64,000 nt of DNA, taken from contig CM030336.1 of NCBI GenBank assembly GCA_017654855.1, forward strand, positions 4,278,001-4,342,000, in the 5' to 3' direction. Below the pieces are notes generated by a model, which was not told the origin of the DNA, searched no databases, and was given only the letters and a program-made list of their open reading frames with translations. Shown one piece after another: positions 50,644-62,213 of this stretch. Both the position numbers and the translations under genes were made by a program. How positions within the stretch are numbered: the first letter of the stretch is position 1; the number at the start of each line of letters is the position of its first letter. Source of the DNA: Podospora anserina (Eukaryota).

Positions 50644-51257
50644 TCATCTGTTGTTGAGGCAATTCTAGCGACGCGAACGTAGAGTTAGACACACAGGTAC
50701 ATATGATCAGAGGAATATTAACGTACCGCCCAGTAACAATGGTGGCAATGCTGTCCCTGAGTGGCTGTCACCGTACACAATACCCCTTCCCCAACTAAAA
50801 CGCCTCCAGCAAGGCATCTTTCACGATTCTCCTTCGAGCTCCGGCACTTACAAAGACTCTATGACATATTGTCTCGGTTAATTCACGCGGCAGAGCTCAC
50901 ACCTCTATACAAGGCTAGCGCTTAAATAAGTATACGAATACCTAGGTAGATATAGAGAAACCATACATCGCAATCGGGGCAAGGTTTGTCTGACCCCGGA
51001 CTCTCCTCACACGCTGGCTCATAGGCTTGACAACTTCCAATATTCTCTTGCTTGCCGCAAATGCACGGTGCCTCTTTCTTTAAAGGCTGAGGATTTGCAA
51101 AATAATGGTCAGTATGAATATGCGTTGGCTGTACGTTGCAAGATGCAAGAATGCTTGAGAAATAACTTGCCTTCCAATGGAGCCCGTACCATCCTGACAA
51201 ATCTGGGTTGGCCAGCGGTACGCACCCGTTCAGCTTGCTACAAGTTGCCGTCGACAT
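50644..51257 (-). pseudogene. Paralog B of the Cys-rich protein, disrupted in exon 3
   Basis: MSTATCSKLNGCVPLANPDLSGWYGLHWK/(GC-AG intron)/PLKKEAPCICGKQENIGSC...PCPDCD/RCELCRVN-[fs]...S*SLCKCRS...-[fs]...ATQGQHCHHCYWA. Exons 1-2 have the same lengths as in copy A (29 and 40 codons). Confidence 0.75.
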
Positions 51258-52240
51258 TCTTATTAATCGTAGTTGGAGATCGAAGGGGTAGATAGGTGAT
51301 CTTGTTTGTGATGATGGCTTACAGGGTATCCGGAGGGTATCCGGAGGGCATCAAGAGGATTCGTAGATGTTGGTGGTGTTGGAATTCTGGAGCTAAGTAA
51401 GATCAGGTACAGTGTTCCTGTTCTTATACCTATCAGTGTAATGGTTCTCGAGGGCGAGGTCTGCGGCAGAACGTGATCATTCTCCATTAAACAGTCTAAC
51501 AAGATGTCATTCTGCCAAATTGAAACATGACATGTGCCAAATCCAAAACTTTTAGCTATTGTACTAGTCAAGAAAGTTGGGTTAAACATATGTCGGATCG
51601 AACCCACGTTCCCAGCAGGTTAACCCAAAGGTAGGTAGGTACCTTAGGTATGCGAACATCTGATACGTCGGTTATAAGAAGCCCACCGGACTTTAATGGT
51701 ACGGCCGGAACCTGCTGACTGCTGTCATATCACTTAAATATCTGTAGGTACCTAGTGATCCGCATTGTGGAGGTAAGGAGGGCTCTGGGGGCTCACGAGT
51801 GCCACCTACCCTCGAGGGCTACCTATGTTCGGATTATAACATCAATTTCTTTCTCCCAACCCATTACGAGGCTGTCCACCAGCATGCCACATCACGTGCC
51901 GCATCTATAACTGGGCAGTGTTTTGGCGGCCTTCCAGATTACCCTGTGTAAGAGAGACGCGTAATCTTTCACGGGGAGACTGAGTCTGTCAGACAGTTCT
52001 GTGTCAGTCATGTTTGGAGAGGCCAATGGTTAATAGCTCTTGATGGGATTAGAGACCTGTTTAATGGAACTCGGCTGATGGAAACGAACGCCAGAGCCAA
52101 GAGCCACGCAAATGGCGGGGACTTTTGGTTTGTCACCAGCGCCAAAATGCCACGGACTATGGCCCTCAAAGTGCCAACCGAGGCAAGTGACATTTATCAG
52201 CATTTATCTTGTGTATTTATTGCATCTCTCATGTCCACTA

Positions 52241-53899
52241 TCACGAAAGAGCGATGATCTCCTTCTCCACAACCTCCACGGGGTTCCCTTTGGCGACATG
52301 CCCCGCCAGCTCCCGCACCCTCAACCGATACTTGTCATCCCCCAAAATCGTATCAACCGCAGCCGCGACAGCGTCAGGCGTAGGCCTCCCGGTCCTCAGG
52401 TTGATCCCCGCACCCGTCCACTCGACCCTCGCCGAGACCTCGCACTTGTCCTCCGTCAGCCCTGCAGCCACGACAGGCACCCCGTTCACGATGCAATGCA
52501 CGAACCCCCCATATCCCGCGTTGAAAACCATAACATCAGCATGCTCCAAGACAGAGTCATACGGCAGAAAGTCCACCACCTTGACATTCCCGAGCTCAAC
52601 ACCCCGAGGCAAAACCTCGGGCGGCGTCTCCAACCCTTGCTTCCCCAGCAAAGCAATAACCAACACATCCTCCCTCCCCGCCAAACCCTTGACCGTAGGC
52701 GCCAACAACATGGTATAGTCCCTCGCCAACGTCCCCTGCGACACAACTACGATCCTCCTCCCCTCCTTCCGTTCCAGAACCTCTGGCTTCCACCACTCCG
52801 GCCATTTATACCCCTCCTTCCCTCCCTTCTTAGGCGGCAAACTCCCGGCAAACATGACATGCGGAGGTAGATCCGGCCGGGGGTACTCCAAAACCTCATC
52901 ACAAAGCTGCAGCGTGACATCATGAGCAGTATAACTCAGATTCACCATCCACCCATCCGGCACCTCCACCCCTCCACACCTCCTGATATTCTCCCTAAAC
53001 CCATCATACGCCTCCTTCACCACATATTTATAATACCACTCCTTTAGCACCCTATCCCGTTCCCTAACCCCCTCCCCCTCCCCAGGAAGAATCCCAAGCG
53101 GAAAAGGCGGCATGCCCTCCCCATCAAGCATAACAGGCGTAACATTTATCCCCACCGTCTTGGGCACCTCCTCCCCGTCATCCCACCCTTTGATTTGACC
53201 AAGACTGGCCCCGTATTTGAAAGGTAAGAAGCCGAACCACATCGTCTCGTTGACCACGATAATTTTCCTCTCCTTGCCATATCTGTCCCTCAGATCCTCC
53301 AACGCGGCCTTGCTAGACAGAAACTGGCCTTCTATCTGCCCGATGAAGAATGTTTTGAAGTCTTGCACCATCCTGGGTAATCCCTCGGGGTAATTCGCCC
53401 TTTCCATTCCCCATTTTCTATACGGACCTTTGGCGAGGGAGAGGGACTCATGGATGGAGATGAAGTGCGCTCCTGACGAGGCAATGATGTGGGCGTGTTG
53501 GACTCCGCCGACGAAGTGGACTGGGTAGCCTTTCTGGACGAGATGGGTTGCGATGGCGGTCAAAGGGAGGACATGGCCTGGAGCGGTGGAGGAGGTGCAG
53601 AGGATTAGGATTGCGGGGAGGGAGGGGTTGGAAGGGGGTGGTTTGGGGAGCGTGGAGAGGTCGATTGGAGGGCCGAAGATTCCCGGGGGAGGACCACCCG
53701 GGCCGGGGATGACTCCTGGTGGCGGGCCAGCGCCGAGGGGGATGCCGGGGGGTGGTCCGCCTTGGGCGAACGGGGGAGGGCCGTTGGCTTTGGCGCCAGG
53801 AGGGGGTTCCGTGGTGGAAGGGGTGGCCATTTTGGGGGAGTTGGAGGCCTTGGCTGGTTGGGGGGAGGTTGGGGCCGGTTTCGATAAGACTTTGCCCAT
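52241..53899 (-). CDS. GT1 UDP-glycosyltransferase (intronless, ~552 aa) with Pro/Gly-rich N-terminal extension
   Basis: APGHVLP, LQLC...LEYPRPDLP, VVVSQGT and the UGT signature DFLPYDSVLEHADVMVFNAGYGGFVHCIVNGVPVVAAGLTEDK. Confidence 0.92.
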   Translation of the reverse strand: MGKVLSKPAPTSPQPAKASNSPKMATPSTTEPPPGAKANGPPPFAQGGPPPGIPLGAGPPPGVIPGPGGPPPGIFGPPIDLSTLPKPPPSNPSLPAILILCTSSTAPGHVLPLTAIATHLVQKGYPVHFVGGVQHAHIIASSGAHFISIHESLSLAKGPYRKWGMERANYPEGLPRMVQDFKTFFIGQIEGQFLSSKAALEDLRDRYGKERKIIVVNETMWFGFLPFKYGASLGQIKGWDDGEEVPKTVGINVTPVMLDGEGMPPFPLGILPGEGEGVRERDRVLKEWYYKYVVKEAYDGFRENIRRCGGVEVPDGWMVNLSYTAHDVTLQLCDEVLEYPRPDLPPHVMFAGSLPPKKGGKEGYKWPEWWKPEVLERKEGRRIVVVSQGTLARDYTMLLAPTVKGLAGREDVLVIALLGKQGLETPPEVLPRGVELGNVKVVDFLPYDSVLEHADVMVFNAGYGGFVHCIVNGVPVVAAGLTEDKCEVSARVEWTGAGINLRTGRPTPDAVAAAVDTILGDDKYRLRVRELAGHVAKGNPVEVVEKEIIALS

Positions 53900-54649
53900 A
53901 GTCTTGTTGATGGTCAGTGAATAAAGCTTGACGATTGGCACAACGCTGAAAGGTTATGCCGAAAGGTGGTCTTTTAGACTACAACGAGCGGTACCAAGAT
54001 TGTTCGGACATGGTGGCGGGTCCCGGATGGCCATCGGCACTTATACCAACAGCTCAATGCAACATATTGCGGCACAGATAAAGCCAAGTCGTGGTACCCG
54101 AAGACCGTAGACCGGGCGCCGGAGTCCGCTACCACCATCAAGATGCAAGGGCGCAGGAGATACCGTGCATGGCAAGATGATGATGCATCGACGATTATGA
54201 GAGCAGCAAGGGGTTGCGTGTTGTTTGTCTTCTCTTGGCCGTCTGGTGGTAATAATCATCTCCTCATCCCTTGCCTCCATTGTGCAGGTCGTTGCCAGTC
54301 GGCAATTCTTCGGGCCCGACAATTCCTGCGGTTGAAAAGGGGGTCGACAACAATAAAGCGACAAACCGATCATCTTAAAGCCGACGACGTGCATTCAGGT
54401 GCCGGACTTACAATACCACCCCTTATAGTACCATCCACCCGGAGCCCCAACTCATTTAGCCAAATTGGCCGGCATAGAAGGCTGCCGCCAGGATCTAGTC
54501 CATATTGTTTATCCAATCTCGAGCCGACCGAGATTGGCATTTCGGGACCGACTTGCACCTTATCAACAACCAATATCTCCGGCAACTTTGGTGACACAAG
54601 AAACCGCTAGAAAATGAGTTGTGTATTGCTGCATGTCAACGGATATGAT

Positions 54650-56056
54650 CTATTGTTCTCCTTTCACCAGTTTTGCGAGATGATTCGGCACCAATGCCCT
54701 GCTCAGTTCATCCATGGCAGCCTCCAACACCGGTTCGTACTGATTCCGATATCTCACAGCCAGCTCCTGGTTCTGATTGTCGGCACTTTCAATCTCGATG
54801 CTCTTAAAGCGTTGGTAATCAAACTGGACCTTGGCACCGATCGTCTGTTGAATCCTCTCGAGGAGCTCGTGAAGCTCAGTCGGAATACTCTCCTCCGTGC
54901 CTTGAGCCCAGTGTTGAAGTGCAGCAAGTTCGCCAGCAGATGTTGCTACAGCAGAAGCAAGGTCGCGGATAAGCCCCGGTTCGATTCTTGAGAGCCCTGG
55001 CAAAGAATTCAGACGGGTATCTTGCTGAGAAAACACCCTTAATCTTCCCGCAACGGAGCTAGGATCGCTGAACGGTCGTAAGGAAATAAGAAAGTCCTGC
55101 AGTTCGTTCTTCTGCAATGTCGAAGGCGGCCTTCGGCTTTTGACATGAACATAGTCGTTGTGAAGGGTGTCTGTAACCGGCAGAATGAACCCATAACCAA
55201 GCAGCAACTCGCTGTTGCTTTTGAGTCCGTAGTTGTTGAAGACTTGCTGACCTGGTTGATAAGCATTATTGCAAATCAGCTGGCAAGTACCATCCACTTC
55301 AAGATTCCACTGATATTGGGAGGTCGGATCATGGTTGCCGATATCAAGAAGCGGCTGCAAGATGGAGAAATCGTCGACTTTTGTGCCATGAGGCGTGAGA
55401 CCCAAGACGTGATCTTGTGTTTCTTGCGAGAGGATCAAAGACGGACGAAAACTCCGACTGGTAAAGATGCAAAAGGCCCACTTGTAGAGCAGCTGGGTGT
55501 ATTCCTGCCACCCCGGGAAATCTACTTCCTTCAGAAGCTTTCTGGCGTGCTTGTACTCCTTCTTGATGTTGGCTTGGATCTCACGGACGGCGACATGAGC
55601 GTTTGTCTCCTCGAGGCATTCAATGTCGTCTTCGGGCCAGACAGCTGGTAGGGCCCAGGTATCGACGCGATCGGGCTGCGGAAGGGTCGAGATGTATGGC
55701 CACCAATATGAGTCTTTCTCTTTCAAGTACTCCTTCACCAGGAAAAAGCGACCAATAACATGCGGTGGGTTCGATGACATGAACTGCGGTGGGAACGCCG
55801 GCCGTTGCTCTTTGTTTTGTGGTGCCCTGCTGATGGGTCCATCAATCAAGGCGTTGATGTATGAGAGTGTTATCGCAACATGGCAGGTGACAGCGCAAAA
55901 CCCTGGCGCCAGGGCCTCACTTGCGGAGGGTTTGACCCGTAACGAATATCCTGTGACATCGTCTTCGTAAACTTCCAACGAAGGGTGTAATGCGGCTCCG
56001 TGATCTTGAGCCCATCTCTGCAAAGTGTCAAAGCGGCTTTGGTCGAATTCCTTCAT
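54650..56056 (-). CDS. SET-domain protein-lysine methyltransferase (Rubisco-LSMT/RKM-like)
   Basis: SYWWPYISTLPQP, YKWAFCIFTSRSF, LQPLLDIGNH and QVFNNYGLKSNSELLLGYGF. Confidence 0.92.
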   Translation of the reverse strand: MKEFDQSRFDTLQRWAQDHGAALHPSLEVYEDDVTGYSLRVKPSASEALAPGFCAVTCHVAITLSYINALIDGPISRAPQNKEQRPAFPPQFMSSNPPHVIGRFFLVKEYLKEKDSYWWPYISTLPQPDRVDTWALPAVWPEDDIECLEETNAHVAVREIQANIKKEYKHARKLLKEVDFPGWQEYTQLLYKWAFCIFTSRSFRPSLILSQETQDHVLGLTPHGTKVDDFSILQPLLDIGNHDPTSQYQWNLEVDGTCQLICNNAYQPGQQVFNNYGLKSNSELLLGYGFILPVTDTLHNDYVHVKSRRPPSTLQKNELQDFLISLRPFSDPSSVAGRLRVFSQQDTRLNSLPGLSRIEPGLIRDLASAVATSAGELAALQHWAQGTEESIPTELHELLERIQQTIGAKVQFDYQRFKSIEIESADNQNQELAVRYRNQYEPVLEAAMDELSRALVPNHLAKLVKGEQ

Positions 56057-56699
56057 TTGCGTGGTTGTTGATGGTGATTTGTGATCTGTGGTGGGAATGA
56101 CGAAGTGCCGATGCCCAAAGTTTTCTGGCAATCAGCAGGTGCTTAGTCAGCAGACAGAGTGGAGCACAAGTTTGAGTGCCTCTCTAAGCTCTGTAACCAT
56201 CATGTTTGTTTACTTCGGTGGGGTTCGGTGATCAGGGGTCCAGGGGGTGAGCGTCGGGATTAGGGTTCGATGCAGAATTCACCACGAAGGATGATATTCC
56301 TTGGACACGATGACTCATGCAATAGGGATTCTGGTAAGTCTTTTCGTGCCTTAATTTGATATGTTGGTGTGTGATGTAAGCTGGTTTTTTACCTTGAGAT
56401 ACCTATAACGATCTAAGCATTTTATTTTGGAATTTAAATTTTCTTTTGCTCGGTCTGACCCTAGTCTCTCCAAGGCCTGATGTTGAAATGCTTCGATTAT
56501 AGCCAGAAAGAGCTAAGATTATAGATAGGGATGGTCAAGATTAGACATCCAGAGCTCGGACTGTGACAATCATCAAGGTAATCTCGCAGATAGGTGAGTT
56601 TGATGCGTGAACTTGGCTTGGGTAGAGGCAGCGTGTTACGTGAGCGTATATACAGGAAGAACGTAAGTTTATATCTTGCCTGAGTATAAGCATTCAATC

Positions 56700-58347
56700 C
56701 TATCCTGTTCAACTGCTCCATCGAGCCCTGCACTCCGCCACAGAATCACAGCATTTGACTCCAAACGCCACCATGGCGGTAATTATGTATCCATAATGTC
56801 TATACCTACCACTCCAACCAACCAATATGACCAAGGATTGCCGAGGAACTTGCAGCTTTCAGTTTGCTAACAATGCGGAAGCTTTGTTCGGTGGTTCAGT
56901 TGCCCAGTAACAATGGCAACGCGATCCATTTTACTCTAGTAATTCCAGGCTATCTGAATGCCCTGCATATTTCCCACTTCCAAAATCAAGTTCGAGCAGC
57001 CAGCTGCTGATCACATATCTCTGCATACGGTCCAGCCGTCCTCCAACCAGTCCCTCTGTTCTCAAGACCCAACGTTTCATCACTTCCTCCAACTCGGTTC
57101 TGAGAGGCATTAAGTGACATTCCCTACTGTCCTCCCTCATGTCCTCCACCTTGGCACGATCCTTACCACATCCCATAGAGGGCTTCGTCCCTAGAGAGGT
57201 TTCTAGGCTCCCAGCATCTTTGGCAGATGTGGCCGCTCTTAGGGTTCCGTTTGCTGGTCGTTGTCCGTTTTTTCGGCCTTGTCTTTGGTTTTCAGGCTCT
57301 CCATGTACCTATTCTTCACGCAGCCCTGTTAAGTTTTGAAATGCGTTTGGCACGCATGTCGATGCTTGTTCTGGAGCAGGATAATCTTACCTTGCCCTTG
57401 TCCTTTCCTGACGTACACTTAGCGCAGCATTTGATAACTTGATCCACCACCCCGCCGCATTTTCCTTTGTAAAGGCAGGTCTTTGGGTTATCACCACGAG
57501 TACAATGGCAAGGATACGTGTATCTTCCCACCGTCTCGCGTTTCGCACGTCTTTCTTGCTTCCTCTTATCTCCGGACTTCTTGCTTTGTGGTCTGTTCTT
57601 GCTTGCTATTTTAGTACGGCAAATCTACAGCAGGGAAGCACTGTAACTAGAACCCTTTGTCTCAAGCGGGTGGGGAAAAGGCGGATGGGACGTTAAGGAT
57701 GAGGCATAGGTACTTTCTCAGAACGGGGCCGGCAATATTGCCCTTTATAACCCCCCGATCTTAGGCATGTTCCTGAGTCTGGTCCCTTATTTTTACAGAG
57801 ACCTGCATTTTCCGGAAGTGCGCAGAGGCACATTGTAGAAGTTGTGCCTTCTGCGTTGACCTGTTGTGTCCGCGCTGACTGTGGCATTGTGTCGGTTGGG
57901 TCGCTGCTGGTGCCTTTTCCGCCTACTTGTATGGTGGTCCCGTAGATTGGTAGTAGGATGATGCCGGTGCGGAATACTCTGTTGACGCTGGCGCTGGGGG
58001 TGGGTTGGACTCTGCTGGCGCTGACGGTGGGTAATCCTCTTCCTCCACCCCATCGGTGTAGGCCGCGAGATATGCCAAGTCCTGTTCTTCCTTGGACAAT
58101 CCAGTCCATTTGTACTGGAGAAATTGGGCGAAACAACGTTGGTGTGACGGTAATAGCGATGGCAAACTCAGGTGTGGGGGTGTGCTTTGAAAAGTCACAA
58201 TTTTGATCGTCCTGAAGCAATATAGGTGTGATACCAAGATTCCGTATTCCTGTCTACAAGTCATGATGGTGGGTATATGTGTAGGTAGCTGATACTCACC
58301 CTACACTTTCGACATTGCGCGCCGTGCTTACAATATTGCACAGCCAT
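56700..58347 (-). pseudogene. Fragmented Cys-rich gene, possibly a distant relative of A/B
   Basis: MAVQYCKHGAQCRKCR/GTGAGT intron. Fragments MCLCALPENAGLCKNKGPDSGTCL, YPCHCTRGDNPKTCL..CCAKC and RCHCYWA lie in different frames. No complete spliced ORF could be built. Confidence 0.35.
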
Positions 58348-59663
58348 TGTCCGGTTCTCCAGAATTGACGGTCGAATACCAGAGCTCTGGTGTGTCAACA
58401 AGTAGCTTACGTATCTGGATTTAGCACTTGCTGAGCAAGTCGAGTACAAGAAGGCTGCTGGCTCTGTGCTGCTAACTGCTCCTGACTGTGAAGGCAGCGG
58501 TACCTTACCTCACTTATACCCCATAAGGATGTCAACCCCTCGGGCTGCCGCGTCTTCGTCCTTTCCCACAGGTAATCACCGTTCTTCAGTCGCCGATCAT
58601 GAAACGTAAATGTTGGCGTGTTGCCACTAAACCTGTCGGTCAGTGGGGATCACTTTAAAACTCAGCAAGTCATCCTGGCTCTACAGACATCTCGATGGAA
58701 GTCAGCTAATGAAGAGGGAATCGGGTACGGGTCACTCGGGGATGGTGTCGAAGTGAACCGGTGACCTTGGTGGAATGGCGCAATCATTGCACCGTGGCAC
58801 GCGGTAACGCACTGTATCAAGTGGATTGACAACGGCCGCGGTGACCTGGTCATGTTCCAAACTGAGAAGAGATTGAAGAACAAGTCCCAGATGTTACAGA
58901 GCGACGTTTGCTTCACCATGGTGGAACGGTTGGGAGGGGTGGTGTGAGCTTAGCTGCGCAAACCACTTTGGTAACTACCGGTAGTAGTAAGCTCCCATTT
59001 TCCCACTAGATCAAGTAGTCTAAAAAATCAGTTACCGGTTTAAAAAGATAAGGCACTCGGAAAGTAAGCCTCTCGTACCTGCCTGAGTAAAATATAAAGA
59101 CTCTTCCCCCCTGAGTAGCTAGTAAGTGGAGCCTCTCTTCGATTGAGCCTTCTATTCCTGGCTCACCCCCCTTGAGTAGTTCTTTTCCAGTGAGCCGGGA
59201 GTAGTGAGCTCCAACCTCAGCCGTTTGGGTATTTTATACTCTGCTGTACGCGCCTAAGAGATATAAGAATGTGTGGTAGTATTTGGGGACCAGGGAAATG
59301 ACATAGGTTTTGGCAGACTTAGCCTCTTCTATCGAAAATTGAAGAGGTTTAAATAAAGAGATTCTGTCTACCAATACAAAGCTATGGTCAACTCGACACA
59401 AACATACATTAAGCCGCTTACAAATAGCACTCATGAAGCGGTTAATGGGTACTTCATAAAGTGGTTGTTTAAAGCCGCACAGATAACCTTCTTTGCAGCG
59501 CTATGTATCTTACTAAGCCCCCCAGAGAGTAAATTGCGCCTTGCTGTCTCAAAAGGTTTGCGTGTATTACATGGCGGTTCGCTCAGAACATCAGTTCAGC
59601 GGTGAGTAAATTGCCTTTGTGACTTGTTGGGGTTCACAAGCGCATTGTTGAGAAGTAGTAGAA

Positions 59664-61913
59664 TCATCTGTACCATTCCCTTCTCGCAGAATCCAGCGCA
59701 CCACCACAGAGCGGTCCCGCCCTCCAAGTCTTCAAATGTGACAGAGTCCTCGGGTCAAGCGGGAGAGATTTAAAAATTCCCAACTCGCCGAACATAGCTG
59801 CGACGATGAGCATCGACGCCCCAACAGGTGTGGATATATACCCTCTCTGCCTTGGCCCCGTGACCAAGGACATCTTTTTGGTCCGGCATCAGGTACTCTC
59901 GTGTTCGGGTCTGATCCGGCAGCCAATAGTATATCCACATAGGTCTTTCGCATTGTGTGTACAGCTAGGCTGATCGCCGTGTGGCCGTCGTCTCTAGGTC
60001 TATTTGGGTCGACATCATGAAGAATATTTCGGATAAGTTCTCCGTTTGAAGGCTGCATGACCGCCAAACACAATAGCGAACTACCTTCAGAATTAATGAG
60101 GTTGAACTTCGCACCAGTCTCGCGCAGTATTTTCAAGATGGCAAGTCGGCCTTTCTGACAGGCGCCGGGCTAGCCTATCACTCCACGAAGGACGCCAACC
60201 GTCAGTTCGTCAGCTGATAGCCCCATGTTTTTTCTAGACGGTGCAAGCCTCGCAAGTCTCTCAAAGCCTCTTTTCGATGCGTAAGATAGCAATGAATCAC
60301 CTCCGCAAAACTTTTCGAGAGACTCTGGATACCGATCTAGCGCATGTCGAACAAAGAACAGGTCATCAGGTGAGTGATGCAACGTTTTGTCCTCTCCAGT
60401 TTCGTGGTTACTTGACCGAGAACAAAGATTCAAGCCAGACGCGAATCTGAATAGAACGTCCACTACCTGCTCCACAGCGGCATCTTCGAGGGGATTATGC
60501 CGCGGAGTTGAGGCATGTCAGGTACGTGAGGTGTGTACAGCAGTATGCTTCTTTTCTTGGAACACCTAACTCAAGCCGTCGAGATCTCCATAGTCGGAAA
60601 GAACATGGAGAAATTGAGCTCTGGCATCATGTTTGTTTGAGTCGTGTTTTCCAAAAGAATTATGCAGGCCTATCCAATTGTGAGAGGGAAGTCCTTGAGA
60701 AATCGTCTCTGCTTGACACCCCAACGCTCAGCTTGATTCGCATGGTGGATGACGCTCCGGCTTGCGTACTCCAAAAAGGGCATCTTGTCAGTACAGGGTT
60801 TGGAATCAGAGTACATGAAGTAGCCCGGCCATATGTCGCCGTGTTCCCCATTTAGGTCAACCAAAGCTCATATATGTCGGAGGCAGAGTTCCTTCACAAT
60901 GTTTTGACCGTAACCCTCAACATTTTTGTCACTAGCGATGGTAGTCTGTAGTTGCTTTATCCCCCTTCCTCGAGTAGGAAGTCACGCACAGATTCGTGAA
61001 TAAACTAAACCGTAAGCTCTTTTGGACTGGTTATTGTAGCCAGGCCTTTTTAGGTATCCACCACACACTTTCGCAGTACATCCGGGCCTAGTGCGTGATG
61101 TTCGAATCCCTCGGACGGTTCCTCAATACTGAGGGTACGCAACGCGGCGTATAATTCCACGGGTGAAAGCGGCCGTTTCGCAAACAGAACGCACTGGATG
61201 CAGAGCAATAGCTCTACCAAGTTATCGCAGTCCCTTGTCAGAATGTCGACGAGGAATAAGTTATCTAGACCCGAGGGGATCTCGCTCAATCGGGACTGGA
61301 GTGCTTCCATCCGTCCACGATCATACCCCATGTTTAGGATAGGGACTACGAGAGCAACCCAGAGAAAAATGTATGACCACTTGACCACGACTTCGGCTCT
61401 GATCTCTTTGGCTTGTGGTGAGGTGTCAATCTTGAGGTGGGCGTTGATGTAATGGCTGATGTCCTCGCTGTGTTCTCGTTTGTTTTCTAAAACAAGCTGG
61501 AGACCTGTCTTGATGCTGATCTCTGGGTAATGACGGCTCGCAAAGCAAATGCGGACTTCGCTTGACCTGTCTTGAGCGCACATTTCCTCAAAGAAGCTAA
61601 CCATTTTTCGAACATCGTCTTCGGATGACTCGTCTAAGGCGTTAATGAAGCAATATAGTCGGCGATTGCTTACCTTACTGCCGGAAAGCATCCTCATTCC
61701 GATCGTTTCCCGAGAAGGCATAATCCTCCAGCTTCGCTCAGCAACCATCTCTAAAAAACTCACTTCACAGTTGGCTGAGGTGGTTGGCAAGCGGTCCGAC
61801 CTACGATACCTAGTCGAGCAGCACTCACAGTCGGTCGGCTGAGTTGATGAAAAACAGAATCGTGCAAGGCTTCGGGCGGTCACCGTTTTGCCAAAGCCCC
61901 GGGGCTGGTCCAA
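59664..61913 (-). pseudogene. NACHT + ankyrin-repeat NLR-like pseudogene
   Basis: Degenerate P-loop PRGFGKT, RLYCFINALDES, ICFASRHYP, IFLWVALVV, LFAKRPLSPVEL and MPFLEYAS. Ankyrin repeats (EGSSLLCLAV, DGHTAISLAV...LLAAGSDPN). Multiple stops and frameshifts. Confidence 0.85.
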
Positions 61914-62213
61914 TTGGAGTGTGACATGTTCTCAAGCTGCATGCATGCTGCTGCCAACTTGGCGATGAAGACAAAGTCGCAGCAAAGGTGTACACCAATG
62001 AAGAAGCAAGGGCTGAAAATTCATTGGCACGTGCCAGTGTTGCCACCAAACCTGCCGGTGCTGCTGTTGTTGTAACTCAAAGGGGCCTAGGTTGATACCT
62101 GGGCCAGCAATTCTAGGTAAGATGCTTCAATAAATCCCGGGGCTGACAACATTTGTTTCATTCGACCAGTAATCTCGGACATTGATGTCCATATCCAGCC
62201 ATATATCCATCCA

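Noticed and set aside
52112-52870. 252-aa plus-strand ORF (likewise 35885-36643 and 3238-3675)
   Set aside because: Antisense shadows of well-supported genes.
33859-55000. Secondary-metabolite cluster (LovD-like esterase, SDR, UGT)
   Set aside because: No PKS/NRPS/terpene backbone gene, transporter or cluster regulator, and the genes are widely separated.
58975-59232. TA-rich segment ending CTCAGCCGTTTGGGTA, possibly a DNA-transposon end
   Set aside because: No partner inverted repeat, TSD or transposase found in the window.
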